Positions 60,441 through 64,000 of a stretch of DNA of 64,000 nucleotides are shown in pieces (the stretch's first letter is position 1; every line of letters begins with the position of its first letter). This stretch comes from Acholeplasmataceae bacterium (lineage in GTDB: Bacteria; Bacillota_I; Bacilli_A; ML615J-28; CAG-313), in assembly GCA_012838545.1 (NCBI GenBank), contig DUPC01000034.1, positions 1,225 to 65,224 of the forward strand, given 5' to 3'. A program made the position numbers and the translations under genes. The notes beneath the pieces were generated by a model. The model was given only the letters and a program-made list of their open reading frames with translations. It had not been told where the DNA came from and searched no databases.

Positions 60441-60865
60441 TATCTTCTTCCCCCTTCCCACGGCCATCCTTGGGTCCAACTCCATGGAGTTTCAGTACCG
60501 GTTGCATTAAAGACTACCAATGGACCGAAGCGTTCTTCATAGCGCTTTTTAGCTTCGTTTAGGGCAATTTGGTTTTGCGCAAACAAATTGATGGCATGGA
60601 CGTCATCGGGGTGCGTATCCAAATACAGATTCAATTCCACCCTCATAAAATCCAGGGCTTGAACCGGCAAAAGCAATTGGTCTTTTTCTGTGAATGGCCT
60701 TGGTTCTTTCGGTACATAATTGAAATATGGCGCATAGAGTTCATTGACAAGGTTGCCACGAATAAATCCTTCCCACGCATTCGTGAAAGTTTCCTTTTCG
60801 CCTTGGAAACATTCGCGATGTTGTGAAAAAGGATTTAAAAAATAATTGACAAATTGATTGTGCAT
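60440..60865 (-). CDS. cotJB: CotJB spore coat protein with an N-terminal extension bearing a CotJA-like motif, a probable CotJA-CotJB fusion
   Basis: The C-terminal ~85 aa are VQALDFMRVELNLYLDTHP...ERFGPL...PWSWTQGWPW, matching CotJB LQAVDFVLVELTLYLDTHP...PWPW. The N-terminal ~55 aa contain GNLVNELYAPY, matching the CotJA hallmark G-T-L-F-P-x-L-Y-x-P-Y. The RBS GGAGG lies 8 nt upstream. Confidence 0.65.
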   Translation of the reverse strand: MHNQFVNYFLNPFSQHRECFQGEKETFTNAWEGFIRGNLVNELYAPYFNYVPKEPRPFTEKDQLLLPVQALDFMRVELNLYLDTHPDDVHAINLFAQNQIALNEAKKRYEERFGPLVVFNATGTETPWSWTQGWPWEGGRR

Positions 60866-60892
60866 TATTTTACCTCCTACTCATAGGGTATG

Positions 60893-60922
60893 AGGAAAAA
60901 ACCCCAATGCATGGGGTTTTAT
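60893..60922 (-). terminator. Rho-independent terminator after murB
   Basis: aaaacccca-atgca-tggggtttt followed by a T-run on the minus strand. Confidence 0.5.
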
Positions 60923-61827
60923 CCTTCTTTATTTAAAATTTTCCATTCGCACTTTAAATCGATATTGAAATATTTTTTGGCATCAGTTTGAATTAACTTC
61001 ACCAAGCGATACATTTCCTCAAAAGTGGCATTGCCCTTATTGACCAAAAAGTTGGCATGTTTCATGCTCACCCCGGCATCCCCAATCGAAAACCCTCTAT
61101 ACCCTAATGAATCGATAATTTCCCAAGCATGGATGTTTGCTGGATTGCGAAAGACGCTTCCGGCGTTCTTTTCATTTAAAGGTTGCGTATTTCTTTTTAA
61201 CTCTTTATAACGAATAATCGTTTGATATGGGTCTTCTCCCTTTGGGGCAAGCGGGAAACGAAAATACCCCCTAATAATCAAACAATCGATTTCTTGAAAA
61301 ATGCTGTGGCGATAGCTGAAATTAAAGCCGTCTGTCAGGGAAACCAAATTGCCCAAACCGTCCAAATAGTCACATTGATATAAAAAGTCCCCCGTTTCTT
61401 TTTTGTAAGCACCGCTATTCATGTAGATTAATCCCCCGATTGTTCCGGGGATTATAGCCATAAAAGCGGATCCGCTAAACCCCAATTTGGCAATAATGCG
61501 TCCGACGGTTGCGCTTTGGCATCCCGCTTCAACCATGAACTCTCCGCCTAAAAGCGGTTTGAACCCGTTGCATTTGGTCAGTTTAATTAATACTAAGTCA
61601 AAATGGTCGTCACTAACCAACAAATTGGTGCCGTTTCCAATCACATATGTGGGGATCTGATGGGATTTTAAATACTTATAGGCTATCATTAAACTATCAA
61701 GCGAATCAGGCTCGTATAAATAACGGGCAACACCGCCGATTTTTAAAGAAGTCAAATGTTGAAAACTGACATTTTCACTTATTTTGCCCAGACTAAAGTC
61801 AGTGACTAGTTCCCTGAATCCTTTCAC
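60919..61827 (-). CDS. murB: UDP-N-acetylenolpyruvoylglucosamine reductase
   Basis: It has the FAD-binding N-terminus (KIGGVARYL) and the MurB C-terminal domain. 302 aa. Confidence 0.9.
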   Translation of the reverse strand: MKGFRELVTDFSLGKISENVSFQHLTSLKIGGVARYLYEPDSLDSLMIAYKYLKSHQIPTYVIGNGTNLLVSDDHFDLVLIKLTKCNGFKPLLGGEFMVEAGCQSATVGRIIAKLGFSGSAFMAIIPGTIGGLIYMNSGAYKKETGDFLYQCDYLDGLGNLVSLTDGFNFSYRHSIFQEIDCLIIRGYFRFPLAPKGEDPYQTIIRYKELKRNTQPLNEKNAGSVFRNPANIHAWEIIDSLGYRGFSIGDAGVSMKHANFLVNKGNATFEEMYRLVKLIQTDAKKYFNIDLKCEWKILNKEG

Positions 61828-62882
61828 CTTTTAAGCACCTTCTCAATTATTGCGATAAAATCTTCAGTTGCCTTAAGAGATAAATAAGGGTTAGAAGGAT
61901 CTTTTTTCAAACCCCAGGTTCTGTTTAAACAAGAAAGAAAGGTTTCTAAAGTTAAATTCTTTTCATCAATAACAAAGGCTAAGTTTTCCTTGGCAAAACA
62001 TAAAGCATTAGATAATTGATGACCATCGCTTACATTGTCCGAAGGAATTAAAATCATGGGTTTGTTTAGTCCCAAGATTTCAAACATTGTCGTTCCTCCT
62101 GCTCGGCTCACAATTACATTTGCTTCCTTCATTAGTTCTAACAAGTTATCCGAAAAAGGAATTATTTGATAATGAGGTTTGCTGGGGGGGCCTACCGCTT
62201 GGACACACTCATCATAATAACGGTTTCCGGTAATTAAGGTTGTGGAATAACCTAGGCTTTGAGGGCACTTAAGAAACGCAATGGCTGTTTTATTTATGAT
62301 TTTGGCACCTAGGGAACCCGAAACAATCAAGATATGAGAATAACCGATGGGTTTACTTGCTTTGTTTGAAAGCTTTTTAGCCTCATCAAATCGGGGATTG
62401 CCTATCCATTTTTGCCTAGGATGAACCGGAGGAAGCGAAAAAGCAGTTAGAAAGTAATCCACCCATTTTAGCGACCATTTGTTGGCTTTGCCAATTAAAG
62501 TGTTTTGTTCGTGAATAATAATCGGACATTTTTCTTTATGGCTTAACCTCAAAAACAATCCGCTGATGGATCCGCCCATGCCAACCACTAAGGCCGGTTT
62601 ATGGAGTTTGATAATTTTTCGCATTTTGATATTATCTTTGACAATGCAAGCCAAAACTTTGGCCTTTTTAATGAGATTTTTTCCGGCTAAACCCCGAAGG
62701 GGAAAGAAATAACATTGGTCGATTTCTTTAATTAATGAAAGCAGTTTTTGTTCCGGTGATTTCTTGCATGCAATATAAATTAAAAAATCGTTTGGATGCT
62801 TTTCTTTCCATGCTTTAATAACCGGTATTGCCGGGTATATATGCCCAAGCGTTCCTCCGCCGACAAAAATAATTGTTGCCAT
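61824..62882 (-). CDS. murG: Undecaprenyl-PP-MurNAc-pentapeptide-UDP-GlcNAc GlcNAc transferase
   Basis: IIFVGGGTLGHIYPAIPV is the GT28 N-terminus. It overlaps murB by ATGA. Confidence 0.9.
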   Translation of the reverse strand: MATIIFVGGGTLGHIYPAIPVIKAWKEKHPNDFLIYIACKKSPEQKLLSLIKEIDQCYFFPLRGLAGKNLIKKAKVLACIVKDNIKMRKIIKLHKPALVVGMGGSISGLFLRLSHKEKCPIIIHEQNTLIGKANKWSLKWVDYFLTAFSLPPVHPRQKWIGNPRFDEAKKLSNKASKPIGYSHILIVSGSLGAKIINKTAIAFLKCPQSLGYSTTLITGNRYYDECVQAVGPPSKPHYQIIPFSDNLLELMKEANVIVSRAGGTTMFEILGLNKPMILIPSDNVSDGHQLSNALCFAKENLAFVIDEKNLTLETFLSCLNRTWGLKKDPSNPYLSLKATEDFIAIIEKVLKR

Positions 62883-63992
62883 TTAAATCACCTCTTGATA
62901 TTGGCTGACATTTAACAAAATACCGAGGGATATTAAGGTAAAAATCAAACTGGATCCCCCGTAACTGATAATCGGCAAGGTTATTCCGGTTACCGGAAGC
63001 AATCCCACCACCACCGCAATATTCACAAACACCTGCACAAACAACGACAGTCCCATCCCCAAAGCCACATACATTAAATAACTGTCTTTTACCCTCACGC
63101 TTATTTTGATAGTTTTATAAAAAAGCAAAAAATACAAACCAATCACAAATGCTCCGCCGATTAAACCCAGTTCCTCAACAATAATGGCAAAAATAAAATC
63201 GTTTTGAGGTTCGGGCAAAAAGAAATGCTTTTGCATACTGTTGTTATATCCTAAACCGAAAAGCCCGGAAGGGGCGATTGCAAAAAGCGATTGAATCCCC
63301 TGAAAGCCACTGCCAAGAGGATCTTGCCAGGGATTGACAAATGCTAAAATCCGTTCGATGCGATAGGGAGCACTGATAATTAAAGCGACTATCCCTAACA
63401 AACCGACAACCAACAAAAGTATAAAATACTTTAAAGGTGCTCCGCTTAAAAACAAAAGCAGAATGGTTGATGCGACAATTACCAATCCGGTTCCAAAATC
63501 GGGTTGCAGGATTATCAAAGCAAAAATTAGGCCAACAATTAGAAGGAGCACCAAAAAAGGGAAAAACTTTTCCAGTTCCAAAGCATGTTCGCTTAAGAAC
63601 TTGGCCAAAAGAAGCATAATGGTTAATTTCATGACTTCAGCGGGTTGGATGCTGAAATTGCCAAAACCGATCCAACTTCGAGCACCACCCCTTACAATAC
63701 CGATTCCAGGAATTAAAACCAAAATTAACAATAACAAGGCAATAAAAAAATACCATGAGGTATATTTTTTAATTGTCATGATATTAATGCGCATTGCCAG
63801 ATGCATACCGATTAGACCAAGGCAGGCAAACAATAATTGTCTTTTGAAATAATACGTTGCATCATGAAACTTGAACTTAGCAACTACATTGCTGGCGCTG
63901 TAAACCATTAACAATCCGGTCGCAACCAGAATCAAGATATTGATATATAATAGTTTATCTATGCGCTTGTTCATATTTTTACCCCATATCAT
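62883..63992 (-). CDS. ftsW: SEDS-family peptidoglycan glycosyltransferase of the FtsW/SpoVE type
   Basis: It has 10 transmembrane helices and carries motifs FFLPEPQNDFIFA and PLPFISYGGSS-like (LPIISYGGSSL). It is adjacent to murG as spoVE/ftsW is in the dcw cluster. The start is either 63992 or 63974. Confidence 0.85.
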   Translation of the reverse strand: MIWGKNMNKRIDKLLYINILILVATGLLMVYSASNVVAKFKFHDATYYFKRQLLFACLGLIGMHLAMRINIMTIKKYTSWYFFIALLLLILVLIPGIGIVRGGARSWIGFGNFSIQPAEVMKLTIMLLLAKFLSEHALELEKFFPFLVLLLIVGLIFALIILQPDFGTGLVIVASTILLLFLSGAPLKYFILLLVVGLLGIVALIISAPYRIERILAFVNPWQDPLGSGFQGIQSLFAIAPSGLFGLGYNNSMQKHFFLPEPQNDFIFAIIVEELGLIGGAFVIGLYFLLFYKTIKISVRVKDSYLMYVALGMGLSLFVQVFVNIAVVVGLLPVTGITLPIISYGGSSLIFTLISLGILLNVSQYQEVI

Positions 63993-64000
63993 TTTATCGA

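Noticed and set aside
60878-60892. Small hairpin ctcata-ggg-tatgag in the cotJB 5' UTR
   Set aside because: A 6-bp stem alone gives no support for a riboswitch or attenuator. It is probably just part of the murB-cotJ junction.

Overview
This 64-kb window is almost entirely coding and most genes sit on the minus strand. It comes from a low-GC Bacillota genome whose gene order mirrors Bacillus subtilis core loci. Those loci are: yhaM-cca-ychF; the str operon (rpsL-rpsG-fusA-tuf); gmk-rpoZ and rqcH; dnaD-nth; dapB; rnc-plsX-recG; yloV/rpmB/rpe-rsgA-rlmN-rsmB; lgt; eno ... gpmI; the forespore/mother-cell sigma cluster spoIIGA-sigE-sigG; pncBA; ftsZ; and murB-murG-SEDS. The organism is clearly an endospore-former: spoIIGA/sigE/sigG, a cotJ(A)B-cotJC operon and a Cse60-like gene are all present. 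It also encodes many Mollicutes/Erysipelotrichia-style lipoproteins with LxGC lipoboxes. I found no rRNA, tRNA, CRISPR array, transposase or integrase. The interesting content is the non-syntenic material inserted into conserved operons: (i) a UvrD-type SF1 helicase with an N-terminal zinc ribbon, an embedded PD-(D/E)xK/NERD-like nuclease-like insert and a C-terminal topoisomerase-type zinc ribbon, plus a small membrane protein, both wedged between gpmI and eno; (ii) a four-gene module (a 440-aa integral-membrane domain fused to an ABC ATPase, a large permease, a small anchored protein and a beta-helix lipoprotein) together with pncAB, placed between ftsZ and spoIIGA; (iii) a cotJA-cotJB fusion plus cotJC sitting where ftsA/divIB normally lie, so that ftsZ has no ftsA upstream; (iv) tandem paralogous SurA-N/PrsA-like lipoproteins at the window start; (v) several locally unusual genes: a membrane-anchored DapB, plsX-rnc with no fab/acpP genes, rlmN-rsgA with no prpC/prkC, and an unknown protein where fmt is expected. 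All product calls rest on motifs I recognised by eye in the supplied translations. I could not run similarity searches.
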